Notes under the pieces: generated by a model | What the model was told of the DNA's origin: nothing | Databases searched by the model: none | What the model saw: the letters and a program-made list of their open reading frames with translations, nothing else | Position numbers and translations under genes: made by a program | In this document: piece after piece, positions 1 to 14,243 of the stretch | Position numbering within the stretch: position 1 is the stretch's first letter | Layout: each line of letters opens with the position of its first letter | Assembly: GCA_021613535.1 (NCBI GenBank) | Contig: CP075497.1 | Span: 8,494,001 to 8,558,000 of the forward strand | DNA: 64,000 nucleotides | Source of the DNA: Adineta vaga | Lineage: Eukaryota > Animalia > Rotifera | Direction: 5' to 3'

Positions 1-52
1 CGTTATGAAATGACTTGAAGGAAAATAACCTCTCTTTTTTTATTGTCTCTAG

Positions 53-3000
53 CAACATGATCTTTATAAATATGTTCAAAGTCGAAATCAATTGACTCCA
101 CATATTTTTTGGATTGCTGATCAAGCTTATCGAAAACTTTGTCTATCGAAACAAGCACAATGTATTGCTGTTTCAGGCGAAAGTGGAGCGGGTATGATTG
201 ATAGCTTTTTTTTATTCTCACTAATTTCGTTTTCGAATAGGAAAAACGGAATCAACGAAACTTATGGTTTCACATATCATTCATTGTTCTGGAGATGCAG
301 GTGATCGTGAATTACAAAATCGAATTATTGAAGTTTGTATTCGAACAAATAAAGCTTTTGAAAAAATGGTCATTTTTTTTTGTTCATATTGATTTGTAGA
401 CATCACCATTATTGGAAGCATTTGGTAATGCACAAACGTGTATGAATCAAAATTCCAGTCGTTTTGGAAAGTATCTTCAATTAAATTTTACCGATACGGG
501 TCGAATTGTTGGAGGTAAATTTACTATGGTAGTAATTGATAAAAATAAAGTGTTGACATTTATCTTCTAGCGAAAGTCTATGATTATTTACTTGAAAAAT
601 CTCGTATTGTTCAACATGGTCCTGGTGAACGTACATTTCACTTTTTTTATTATCTTTTTGCTGGTTTGGAAAAAGAAGCTTTAGAATATTTCTATCTGGA
701 TGATCCAGAAACTTATCGGTATTGAAAATTTTGTTTGTTAACAAGAACATCTATCACAACATTCATCTATTTCTAGAATTATGAAAGATTCATGTGGAGG
801 AAAAGTATTTCCTAGTCGATCAGATTTTAAACATTGTCGACAAATGTTTAATACACATAAAGAAATTATGCGAAGAGTGGGATTTACTGATGAAGTAATG
901 CATTTCTTTTTTTCAAAGTTAAAATAAGAAAGGAGTAAACACATATATTCATTTAGGATATTAATATGGTATTTACAATACTATCAGCAATACTTCATTT
1001 AACAAATATTCGATTTTCACATGATGATGAAACAGATGGAGTTTATATTGAAGATGAATATCCTTTAGAAGTTGGTAAGTGATTTAATTACGCGTTGTGA
1101 AAAGTAGATGGAATTTATTAATTTGAGTTTATTGCTATTTTTAAAAAATCGAACAATATATATCGAATCTTCTCTGTTTATTTATAGTATGTACTCTTCT
1201 TGCACTTGATCAAGAGATTCTTACAATGGCTCTTATATCAACATTTAGTATAACAAAAGGTATATTATTCTGAATAATCTTAGAAATCTTCTTCAGTTGA
1301 TAAATGATTTTATTAGGTGAACGTGTCATTAGTTTAAAAAATTCTGATCAAGCTAATGATTGTCGTGATGCATTAGCTAAAGCTTTGTATGAACGATTAT
1401 TTTCATGGATTGTTAAACAAATAAATACACTTTTACAACCAAATCGACGGTAAGTTTCTTTAGTTTTTCAAAATATTCCTTTATTCATTTCTTTCTATTT
1501 CATAGACATAATCAAACTGATGATAATATCTATCGTACTTGTTCAATATTAGATATGTCAGGTTTTGAAAATTTCCAAGTGAATAGTTTCGAACAATTGT
1601 GTATCAATGTGGCAAATGAACATCTACAGTATTATTTCAATGAACATATTTTTCTACAAGAAGAACAAGATTATCGAACTGAAGGTGTTCCATGTGAAAA
1701 AGTTGAATTTCAAAATAATGAAGATTTAATTGAATTATTCATGGGTGTAAGTTCTAATTATTTTTTTTTACATTTTTCAATGTTCTATTAAATATTAGAC
1801 ATTGGGAATATTTGCATTGCTTGATGAAGAATCTCGTTTTCCTAAAGCAAATGATGAATCACTCGTACAAAAGTTTCATAGTCATTGTAAAAATCATCCA
1901 CGATATATTAAACCACGAGGCAATGAAACAGCATTTGGTATCCATCATTATGCTGGAAAAGTAAGAGAATAATCTAGAGAAAAACTTTGAATAATAATCA
2001 TTTTGATTTAGGTTGTCTATGATGCTCGTGGACTTTTAGAAAAAAATCGAGATAATCTCAGTGCAAATTTAATTGAGTGTTTGGAAAAGAGTGGAACGGA
2101 ATTAATTAGTTATTTATTCACTGTTAATGATGATATCAACAGTCCGCCTGATACCTTTGCATCATCAGCGTAAGAAAATAATGCTCTTCAGATCAATTCA
2201 GTTGTTAATACACAAAACAAACATTCAACGCATTCTTTCTCGAATAGATTTCATAATTGAGTTACATACCATATCTAATAGAAATCAGAGAATCAACATA
2301 TCATTAGTCTTTGGACATTTATGTTTGTTTACCAAACGAATCTCTCTCTCTGTACACGCAACACTAGTGAAGTCCTACATAATTCTAAACTCTTATAGAT
2401 CATTGATTCATATGACTCAATCATTGAATGAAATTTAAACTCTCTAATTTTGTTCAATAATCTTCGGAGGAATATAAACTAGTCTATATCGATTGAAACA
2501 GATTTGTTTTAAATATAATATTTAGTTCACCATCTGGAACAACAAACAAATTAAAAGCAGGCTCACTTCATCCGTTGCGTCGTCCAAAATCGTATGATAT
2601 TGAACGTACGAAAGAGAATTTCAGTCAAAAAACGGCGAAATCACTTCGACAAGAATCGTATGTTATTCGTGATGATTACATCAGAGAAAAACAAATTTAA
2701 ATCTCTCAAACTTTTTATTATTATTATAGACGACCATTCAAAGCTAATACAATTCAAAAGGAACGTTTCAGTCAAAATACAGTTGCACTTCATTTTAGAG
2801 TAAACAAGATATCTTTAAGAAAAATATGTTTATTGAAAATTATTCTTCGTTTAGAATTCATTGGCTGAATTACTCGATAAAATGAAAGATGCTGAACCAT
2901 CTTTTGTAAGGTATGTAAAATTCATTATTGCATTAATGCACTTGTACTACCTTTTTTCGTGACAATACAAAAAGAAATTGTGTCCGAATCAGTAGGAGTC

Positions 3001-6000
3001 AAAGGCTCAGTATTTGTCACATGTGTAGTTAATTAAGCTCGATGTTTTTTTTTGTTCGTACGACGTGCTTGGATGATGGTTAATTGTGATGGATGTAATA
3101 GATCTATTGTATGTATCAATCTATCGATTAGTTTCGAACGATGAGTATTGAAGTCATCATTTGATATTTATGAATAATTCGTATGTCTTCGAACGAATAT
3201 GTCGAACTTTAATTTGTTTTCATCAAAAACTGATTTGAAAAAATTCTTATCTAAAACTGAAAAAGTTCTGTGTTCAAATGATTCGTGGCAAGATCTATCT
3301 GGTATAACTTCAACATTAACATTTGATAATACCAGCTGGAAAAGTGTTCATCATTACACAACACTATCGAAAGCATTTGGTCTCGATGATGAATCAACAG
3401 GTTATTGTCGACTAGATCGAGGAGGACATTGGCTTCTGCGATCACCTCCGCCACTTCTCCATAACGATGCAAATAAAGTCGTAACATATTATGATAAAAA
3501 ACGTTTATCAAGAGATTCAAATACACAACGAACATTTCCCGATTCATTTGAAAGTTTATCTGTTTCGATTAATTTCAATGTACCAACTGATCAACTGTTG
3601 ACAAGTATGGATGGTAGTTATGGATACAATGAAGTGATTTGGAGAGATAAATTTCGACAATATCAAAATCTATCATCTGATGATACTTGCAGGACATCGA
3701 GGTAGATGAAAAACGAATTCATCATATCGTAGTATTGCCCATTAGAAAGACATATCTTAAAGATATTGAGAAATGAAATAATCTTACTCGTATTATTACG
3801 ATTCCTACAGTAATAGTATAATTCAGAATTATGATTATAGTTTGTAAACACGTTATACTCCTTTGAATTTTTATCTACAGATGTATTAAACCAAATCATG
3901 GTAAAGTAGCAAATCAATTTGATGAAGAATTAGTTCAAGAACAATTACGTTATAATGGTATTTTGGAAATATCTTACATAAGAAATCAAGGTTGGCCAGT
4001 TCGTTTTACATTTGAAGAATTTTTCAAACGGTTAGTATATTTTCATCTATTAAATTACATTTTATTTTTCTAATCTTCGTCAATAGATATAAATTTATTT
4101 CTTATCCTCAAAGCAGTCCAATAAGAATCAATGGAATAACATGTGAAAGAATTTTCAAAGATTTATCTTTAACTGAATATTTGATTGGAAAATCTAAAGT
4201 AATAAATTATTTTTCTTTCTTTTTTTTCATTTGATCATATGAAAGAAACAATTTGGTATTCGTAGGTATTTTTGAAATTAGAACATTTGGAAATATTGAA
4301 TCAACATTATGAAAAATATATGTCCAATATAATTAAATGTCAAAAAGTAGTGAAAGGTTTTCTTGTACGACGAAATCTCCTACGTAAAGCAAAACAATAT
4401 GCTAATGAACGACATAGTTTATTAACACATGTACATTCAACTGGAAAACGAACAATTGAAAAACTTATTTCATTACCAAAAGTAACGACAATTTTTCTTT
4501 GTAGCATGATTTCTGTTAGATTCGATGGAATTTATTTAGATTTCACCAAAAAATATTAAGAAAATATTACCGAAAGCGGATGGGAAAAATGGACGATCTG
4601 GTCATTTTATTAAGAAGAAATCTAAAGATCAAAAGAAGATCGTAACAGATGTATCAGATCGAATAACAGAACAAGAGCATGAGGAAATGCGTCGTGTAGC
4701 GAAAGTAATAATTTATTTCTTTTCAAAAAAAAGAGAAACTTTTAATTATCACCATTCTTATAGAAATTACAATTGCTCGATCAAGATGAAATCGATGAAT
4801 TAGATAATGGCGATCATCAAGTCGCTTTATCCCATCAACCTGTTTATGATATGAAGATATCAGATGGTTTTAAATCATCATTAGAAGGTTTGTCAGAACG
4901 TGAAGTTCGTATTCTTGTTCAAGATGAATTTACACCGAATACAAATAAACCAGGTCAACATAAAAATCGTCCTGATCTTGAAGCAAATATTCAGTTCGGT
5001 TCAGGACTACCTGGTACAACAACATCACCACCACCAGATAAACCGTTAAGAGTACATGATGGTGCATTAGCTATGATGGCTGCAAATATACCTATTGCAC
5101 CAACAATGAGTTTAACCACGGCAGAGCAATTAATTCGAGAGACAAAAGTTGCCGGAACAAGTGGCGATTTATTTATGACTGGTAAAGATTTTTAAAGAGG
5201 AAAAAAGTGTATATATATATATATATTTATGTATGATGATTAGATTGGGAAGTTGGACCAGAAGATAAGAAACAATCAAGACCAGCACGTTCAAAATCGG
5301 AACCAAGAAATTTATTAGCTGATTTATATGATGAAAATATGTTATCAGAACAAAAACGTGGCATGGTCAAGAAAATTCTTATGTTACAAAGACAAAAATT
5401 CAGAGATAATCAAGCACGTAAAACACGAAAAACTAATGATTTAGAAAATTCAACTTATAGTTTTGGTTGTACGAATCAATCATCGAAAAATGATGATGCA
5501 CAACCATTATTTGAAGAGTATTAACTCATTGAACCAATGACATTAGTACGACTATATTTCTTTTTTCTTTAGAGATAATTTAGAATGTTGGGACGCAGCT
5601 AGAACAATGAATGTTCAAGAAGCATATGAAAAAACAATACATTGTTATCGTCTATCAATGCGTTTATTAAAAATTGCTACATATGTTGCACTAAATATTG
5701 GTGTATTATTAACAGCACTTGTTAGTAAAGGAGCGTTACTACTTATGACGAACTCGGTGGCTAAAGTGCAAGAGGTAAGCAAAAACTGAACGAATCAATC
5801 TATTTCATACTCCTCAATTTGTTTCAGACACCTTATCAAGAACGTTGGGTATGGATGTTATTGATATCTGTATGTGCTCCATATATTTTTACATTCGTGG
5901 ACAGTTTTGGTAAATGTTTATTTGGGAACAAACCATGGCCAACTGTAAAGATTTTTACTGTTGTATGTTATCCTTCAATTGATGTCAAATAATTTAATTT

Positions 6001-9000
6001 TTTGACATTTTTATTCCTAGGTGTTTTTTATCGAAACTTTGCATAGTTTTGGTATAGCAATATTTGTTTTTCATATATTACCAAAATTAGATGCAGCACG
6101 AAGTTTATTGATAATGAATGCTGTTTGTCTTGTACCGGCCTTTTTGAAACTCTTTTTGACGAAATCTAATTCTTCAATTGTACGACGAAGTCTTCTTTTT
6201 CTAATGGATTTTTTTGCATTTGCTATGCAATGTTCATGTGTTGGAATTGCATTAGCATCGAAATTTCTCAAAAATGATGGTCCAATTACCATTTCCACCA
6301 CAATATCATCATTATTTTTACCAACAACTACAATTCCACTTCCATTATTAAATCGGCATCGACGACAAGACGAATTTATTGGTGGTAATGTAGACTTATT
6401 AAGTCCTGCCATTGGAGGAAATAATGACAATTTCATATTCACAACACCTGCTAGCAATATGAGTTCAATTGATCAAAATCTACAAACAATTCTAGGTGGA
6501 TTTCATATTGAATGGGAATTACCAGTTGCTTTAATACTTGTTTCACTTGCTTGGTAAGTTGATATTGTTGAAAAACAGACATGAAATTCTGTGTATGCTT
6601 GTTTTTCTTCATAGGTGGGAGAATTTTGTTGATCGCGATATTAAAATTGGTGGTCGTACATTAGTTCATATGAAATTATTAAAAGAAAATATTATTGCAA
6701 CACGATCAAAAACATCGATTATAATGACCTGTTGGAAAATTATTGTTACTGTTCTCTTTGCTTATATCTTTCATCATGGAATCTTCAATACATCTGTTGT
6801 TTTTCCAACGAGTAGCAATAGTGAACAATTAGAAGATCCATTACCAAAACTATCATCTGGACAAAATTCTTGGGCAGCATTAGGTTTTGATCAACAACCA
6901 TCGCAAGGAATGTTTCCAATTCTACCACCACGTGAACGTCGTTCTATTGAAAACACTTCCGCATATATAAGACGTCATAAAAGACAAATGGAAGGCGATT
7001 TACCATCGAATTATGCATACGATGATGAATCAGTGAATTCAATGGGTGGCGGTGGTGGTGGAGGAAATATGCAAGGTCCAGAACCACCAAATCCGAAGGA
7101 TCGTTGGATTATTTATTTAACTCCGATGATATTGAAAGTGATATCAGATGCTTTATGTTTCTATATGGGTCGATTGGCATGTAAGCTTTGTATGCAACGA
7201 ATATGTTTTGCTTTACCAATCACATTAGTAACACCATTAGCATTAACAATATTACTTGTCATGTGTTCTGTTGCACCTCAATCGACAGTATTTATTGAAA
7301 ACTTTCTTTTTTGGAGTTGTTATGCTGATTATGCGAAAGAATCATTTAAATGGCAAGTCATTTGTGGTCTATTTCTTTGGTGGTTATCGGAATTGTGGAT
7401 TGGTGGACATATTTGGTTTGGTAAAAGTCAACGTTTAGCATTTACAGAACGGTAAATAAGTTTATCTAATCGATTGAAAAGAAAATATCCGATAATTCTC
7501 TTTCAGTTTATTTGTTTCACCACGTTATTGTGCGACATTACTGGAACAATCACTGATGATGAATCGACGTCGGAATGAACGTGATGAATTATTAGGTGCA
7601 GCGTTTGATGAAATGGGCACGACAACAAATGGTGAAACGGAATTCGATGAACAAAGTATTGAAGAATTATCAATGGAAAAGAAATTAAGTGCTGATGTTC
7701 ATACAAAAATCTATTCCTGTGCAACAATGTGGCATGAAACTGAAACTGAAATGTTACAATTATTGAAATCAATCATGAGGTATGCTTAATTTTTCTGCCC
7801 GACAAAAAGATCTTCAAATTTGTTTGATTATGTAAAACATGATACGACATAAATCATTATTTTAGATTGGACAGCGATCAATGTGCTCGTCGAACAGCTC
7901 GAAATTACTTACATTTAAAGGATCTAGATTATTATGAATATGAAGGACATATTTTCTTTGATGATGCTATGGAAGAAGATGATAATAATGAACAAGTACC
8001 AAACAAATTCGTTCAACAATTACTTGGTGTTGTCGATCGTGCTGCTACGTATGTTTTGATTTCTTTTCTTATTTGTTTGTATTTTATCAATTTAAATATA
8101 TTCAATAGTGCTATTCATCAATGTCCGATGAAAATTCCACCTCCATTTAAAACTCCAACACCGTATGGTGGTCGATTAACATGGGTTTTACCAGGTGGAA
8201 ATTTTCTCATTGCACATATCAAAGATAAAACAAAAATTCGACATAAAAAACGTTGGAGTCAAGTAAGTAACTGTATTTGTGGTATTGTAATTTTCTTAAG
8301 ATGAATATTTAGGTTATGTATATGTACTATTTACTTGGTTATCGTTTATTTGGTGATTTGAATATCATCGAAAAATTGTATAAGAGAAAACGTAAAAAGA
8401 ATTCATCGAAAAATAAATCGAAATTATTCAAAGGATTTGGAAATTTACTTAATAATATGGATAATAAAAAACGAATACAAGTAAAGATATTTTGTTTTTC
8501 AAAATAAAGAATTGTATCGATTACAAAAATGTATTTTTCATTCTATAGATGGAAAATACATATCTGTTAGCACTTGATGGTGATGTAGATTTTCATCCAG
8601 AAGCTGTTCGATTACTTGTGGATCGAATGAAGAAAAATAAAAAAGTCGGTGCTGCTTGTGGACGTATTCATCCGATTGGAAGTGGTATGATCTTTCTACC
8701 AAATCCAAAGAAGTTTTTCTTTGTTCTTATTTATGAAAACTATTATAGGTCCAGTTGTTTGGTATCAAAAATTTGAATATGCTATTGGTCATTGGCTTCA
8801 AAAAGCAACGGAACATATTTTAGGTTGTGTGGTAAGTCAAGAATTTATCTAGTTGATATGAAAAGAATACTTTTTTTCTCTTTTTGTATAGATGTGTAGT
8901 CCAGGTTGTTTCAGTCTTTTTCGTGGTTCAGCATTGATGGATGATCATGTTCTTCGAACATATTGTACGAAATCATTGGAAGCTCGACACTATGTTCAAT

Positions 9001-11757
9001 ATGATCAAGGTCTTTTTTTCTTTTTTGGAAAAAAAAAGTATTCTCTTATATATTCTGTTCTATTCTAATAGGTGAAGATCGATGGTTATGTACACTACTG
9101 TTACAAGAAGGTTATCGAGTTGAATATTGTGCTGCATCAGATGCATTGACTTATGCGCCAGAATCATTTCATGTTTGTTATAACTTAATATCTTAGTTTG
9201 AAAGAGAAAAAGTTTAATCTCGCTGAATTTTCTAGGAATTTTTTAATCAACGTCGTCGATGGGTACCATCTACAATTGCAAATATTATTGATTTTCTTGC
9301 TGAATATAAAAGAATTGTACTTGTCAATGACAGTATCTCATATCTATATATTGTCTATCAACTTTTTCTAATGGTTTCAACAGTTCTCGGTCCAGCAACA
9401 GTACTTCTGATGATTATTGGTGCATTCAATGCTTGTTTTGGTATGTTTACACTTTTCTTTCTATATTTTCTTTCAATGGACTTATTAAATTACGATTTTT
9501 GTATAGGTACAAGTCTTTGGCAATCGATGTATATGTCTGTTTTACCTGCATTCTTCTATCTTCTTCTATGTTTTCATACTACAACTGATTTTCAAATACG
9601 TGCTGCTGCTTTCTTTTCTGCTGTTTATGCAATCATCATGATGGCTGTTATTGTTGGTACAACGATTCAAATTGCAGAAGATTCTTGGACTTCACCGAAT
9701 GCAGTGTTTCTCATGTTGCTATTATCCATCAATTTCATAGCTGCTTGTGTACATCCACAAGAATTTTGTTGTGTTATTCCAGGTTTACTCTATTTCTTGT
9801 GTATACCAAGTGGCTATCTATTTTTAATTATTTATTCACTCTGTAATCTTAATATTGTTTCATGGGGTACGAGAGAAGCACCGAAAAAAGTGAAAAAAAA
9901 TCAAAGCAAAGAAGAAATTGAACGTGCACGATTACAGGAACTAACACAAGTGAAAAAGAAATCTGCAGGATTTTTCAATCAAGTAAGAATATTTAATGAC
10001 TTGTAAGAGAAATTCTTATTGATTTATATCTTGTGAAACAAATAAAAGGTATTTGCAAATTTCAATTTTAAAAAATATGATGAACGAGTTCGTACATATG
10101 CACGCAAATGGCTTGGACTTGAACGATCTGGATTGAATGGTATTCTTTTGAAACAAATCCTCGGTGCTATGGAACGAATGGAAAAAGTAATTTCTTTTTG
10201 ATTTTCCATGTTTGAAGATAAGAAATTTGTTTTCAGCATAAATATGATGAAGAAATGGATGCTTTTGCAACACAAGGTATCTATCCGCCAACAGGTAAAA
10301 CACAAATGGGATCTGAAATTGATGCGAAATATGGTCTATTACAATTGGCAGCACGAGCGGCCACTCCACAAACAACTAGTGGACCAAATACTCGTGCTAG
10401 TTATCCACAAATAGATTCTCAACAACAATTAATTTATCGTGGACTTAATAATGCACGAAGTACACCCTATGGACAAATCATGTCCTATGCAGGAATATCA
10501 TGTGCAATTGAATCGCCACAAGTAGTGATTAAACGTGATGAATTAGGTGAGTATTTGTAAATTGAATTCATCCTTATACGTGCTATATTTTTTAGTTAAT
10601 CCTGCATGGATATTTCAAGAATCATTACAAGATTCAAAAGTAGTAATGCTTGATCCACGTGAAGTGAAGTTTTTTCAAGATGTTATTGGTCGTTATTTAT
10701 ATCCATTAGTTGAAGATAAAGATCATCAAAAAAAGATGGTCAGTGATTTGAAAGGACTTCGTAATAATTGTTGTTTTGTCTTCTTTATGCTCAATACTTT
10801 ATGGATTGTAATTATCTTTTCTTTTCAACTCGTTTCTGAACGTATTCGTGATTATGTCTTTATACCAATTAAGCGTTTACATAATGAACCGTTACGTTTT
10901 GAACCATTGGGTTTCGGATTTTTAGTTTTCTTTGCAAGTATTTTATTGGTACAATTTATTTCGATGTTATGGCATCGATATGGAACATTATTACATTTAT
11001 TAGCATCAACAGATTTAAAACTTGCTCAAAGTAGTAATGGTAAAATGGACTTGGTCATCGACGTGGAGATTTCACGATGGATAATGTTGAAGATGCTGTT
11101 GCACAAGTAAAAGTTTTACAAGGACCAAAAGGTTTTCATGCTGAAGATTTACCGGAACCAGATTATGATCTTGATCTCGATGATGATCGACAAGCAACTG
11201 AACCTGATCTATCAACAACAGGTCTTGTGTATCATACTAATGCACCACGTTATATTAAAAATTCGACTTGTACATCACAACAATGGAGTGATATAGCAAA
11301 AGTGAATGATATGCAACGAAATTTAGATACAACTGATCATAGCGATATCAGTCAAATGTAAGATACCGTCTTATTCTTAAGTTTTATTCAATAAATAAGT
11401 TTGTTGTTTAGGGCTGGTTATATCTCAGGTTCAGTTAAAACATATGGTAGTAATTACGAAGCTATCAAAAAACATCAAATATCGAATAAACGTCATTTAT
11501 ATAATAAATCCTTGGATCATGTTTTTAGATCTCGTTATCATGCATTAACACAACAACAACATCAACCACAAAAGAATCCACGAGCTAAATTAACAGATGT
11601 CTTTCAACAACAACAAGGTGCTTTACCTCGAGCTAGACGTACATCAAGTGCATTAACAGTACGTGATAGTGTCAATGGTGCTAATCATAATCATCAATCG
11701 GCGATCATGAAAAAACATCGAAGGAAATCCAAAGATCGACACTTAGAACATTTGTAG
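53..11757 (+). CDS. Myosin motor domain-chitin synthase fusion (myosin head + IQ-like motif + about 10-TM region + GT2 chitin synthase + C-terminal TMs); multi-exon, 5' end outside window
   Basis: Spliced myosin motifs: [12 protein letters not shown]-loop GESGAGKTES, LEAFGNA, switch I NSSRFGKY, switch [31 protein letters not shown]-like [15 protein letters not shown]. In-frame continuation to chitin synthase motifs [51 protein letters not shown]. Stop at 11755-11757. One apparent frameshift near 11042-11045. Confidence 0.95.
3199..3701 (+). CDS. Putative alternative first coding exon of the chitin synthase gene, nested in the 970-nt intron 2911-3880
   Basis: 167 open codons from ATG 3199, ending AG|GTAGAT (phase 2). 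The constitutive upstream exon ends in the same phase (GTA AG|GTATGT). Both join the acceptor before 3881 to read R-C-I-K-P-N. Confidence 0.65.
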
Positions 11758-12183
11758 TGTGTGTATCTGTATGAATATATGTATCTTTCATTTTCTTTTG
11801 TTTTCCATAATATATACTAATAGTGAGATGTATCGAAAATTGATTTCTCTATATGCATTACTCATAATCAACGTATGATTGATAGAACATGAATATATAT
11901 ATATATATACATATTATTTTGCATCATCATTATTCACTATTCTCGAAAAAGTTTCATTTCATGGTAAATCAACTCGATGTGTTAACCATACGAAATCATT
12001 TTGATAATTGAAAATCGATCGAAGTTTTCTGTTCACATCGTACATCGACATCTATCGAAAGAAAGAGATCAGCTGGTTATTTAAATACAACCAACAGCTA
12101 TAGAAATAGATGATGACTTTTTTTTGACTTTTCTATTTTAATCATGATGATGAATCAAACGTTCTTTTTTTTTAGAAGAAAAG

Positions 12184-13330
12184 ATGCTTTCAAATCAATA
12201 TCAAAAAGTTCTTTATGATGTTTCTTCTCATGATTTTCGAATTCTTGATGATGATCATGAATATAAAATGACAAGCGAAATTAATAAATCAATATCTTCA
12301 TCATCATCATATCATCAGATCTATTGGTCAACAGTCGCTGAATCAGGTTTAATCACTCAACAAGTAAGCTTGTAAGTATTCAACTATTTCTATCGAATTC
12401 TTATTGAACATATTTCTAGAATCGTCTTATTTACAATTCTGTTCGTTCATTTGAATTCAAATGATCTTCAACCGACGAATATTTTAATTGTCAATGCATT
12501 GATTGGTATCATAGGATTATTTCTTTATCGAAGACATATTAGTATAAAATTATGTAAGAACCAACTGTTGATTATTGATTCTTATTGGAAACAATACTTA
12601 TTTTAGTACAAGAAAATTTCAAAACATTATCAATTTTTCTTCTATTTGGTTCTTTGGTATCACCTGTTGTATTTACTTTAACAAAAACTATTAGTACAGA
12701 TACAATTTATGCTATGAGTACATTAATGATGTTAACTCATTTGATATTTTATGATTATGGATCGGAAAGTGCAATGTAAGATTGTTTGAATATCAAATAT
12801 CTATATTGATCGATCCATTATGAGAATATTTAGGGTACAAAAAGCATTATCATTCAGTGTAGCTTTATTTTCATCTGTTTGTCTTGCATCACGTTTATCT
12901 ACATCGTTTCATACATTTTGTTTGGTTACATCAGCGGTATTAGTATTTGCCCTTTGGCCAGAATTACGAAAATATATCAAAGTAATGAAAAACAAAACTC
13001 TATTAAGATTGTCTTGTATCTTTTCTTTTTATTTAGGAATCAAGTTTTGGATTGTTTTCAATCTTAACTGTTGTACATATATTTGCATGTGTGATACTCT
13101 TATCTCGTCTTTCATTGTTACATACAATTCTTTATTCATTAGCAATACTCTGTTTAACATTTCTCTGTCCATTATGGCTTGTTTCATTACAGAAATATAA
13201 AATGTATGAATGAAAATTTTGTTCAAAAAAACTCGAATTTATCTTTTTTTCTCTCAATTTCTTTAGATCAATTCGTGGTGCATGGGAAGAAGCTGTTGTT
13301 CCAGAACAAATAAAAGATAAATTTGCATAA
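12184..13330 (+). CDS. PIGC: Phosphatidylinositol N-acetylglucosaminyltransferase subunit C (GPI2), 6 exons
   Basis: YQKVLY N-terminus, TLTKTISTDTIYAMS, SVCLASRL, multiple TM segments, C-terminal IRGAWEEA (cf. IHGPWDEA). All splice phases consistent. Confidence 0.9.
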
Positions 13331-14243
13331 CTATTATTATTGTCTATTCTTGAATAAAAAAAACTGAGTTCTTCTGCCTCTGTTTTATTCATACTCTATA
13401 GTTAAGAGGAGTCTATTTCTTTTCTTTTTTTTATACTTATTCTTCGTTTAAATGAATCAATAGAATTTCAGTTGTTTCTTTGACAAATAGTAGAGTAATC
13501 ATTTATTTTTTCGTATATACAAAAGAAGAAGTAAAAAGGTTATTTTATCGAATCACGTAATGCGATGTTTCTCTCATAAATATATATGTAAACGATTATT
13601 CAGATGATTAACTTATAGTTATAATGTAATTGTGATTTTTCGGTAACGATAAGAGATACGTTAAATATGCTATGGACTTCTTTTCATCTGTTTCTCTAGA
13701 TCATATCTTTATTTATTTTGTTTCAACATTATGTCATTCCGACGATCAGTTAACAATTGAATCAAAAAAACAGAATTGAACAAGTAAGTCGTTTCCGCAA
13801 ATTACTATTAACAATAGATTAAACAATCTTTTATCACAAACATATGTTATTCTTTTCCTGTTCATGTCTTACAGCTTTTCATTGAACATTGATATGTATA
13901 TATATATTTATATACACTCTTCGATGTTGAATAAATGTAAAAGGAAGGAAATAATCAACTCGCTATCGGCAAACATCAGCACATGTAACAAGTCTATTCC
14001 TGCCGAATATTTATCTAGTTGATTATATAAGACAAGACAAGAAACAACCATCCTTGACTGTATCATCATAATAGATATCAATATAGATCATCGATTAACA
14101 TGAGATAAGATTTAACTTTCTTTTAACCTATGAGAAAAAAATCAAATAAATCCATTTTTCTTTGTTCTAATCTTATCATTTATGTTTGATTTGAGAAGAT
14201 AGATTGTATTACAGTATTTTGATATTTTAGTTTACGAATTAAC

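Noticed and set aside
2127-2438. 103-aa ORF or possible terminal exon (acceptor near 2399 giving [12 protein letters not shown]-stop) in a myosin intron
   Set aside because: Mostly intronic AT-rich sequence with no recognisable protein features; it would truncate the motor, and support is too weak.
6071-6457. Antisense and off-frame ORFs in the track (also 10016-10375, 35009-35365, 38433-38738, 53657-53992 and many 60-100 aa ORFs)
   Set aside because: Shadows of real exons or low-complexity F/L/I/K-rich translations of introns and UTRs.
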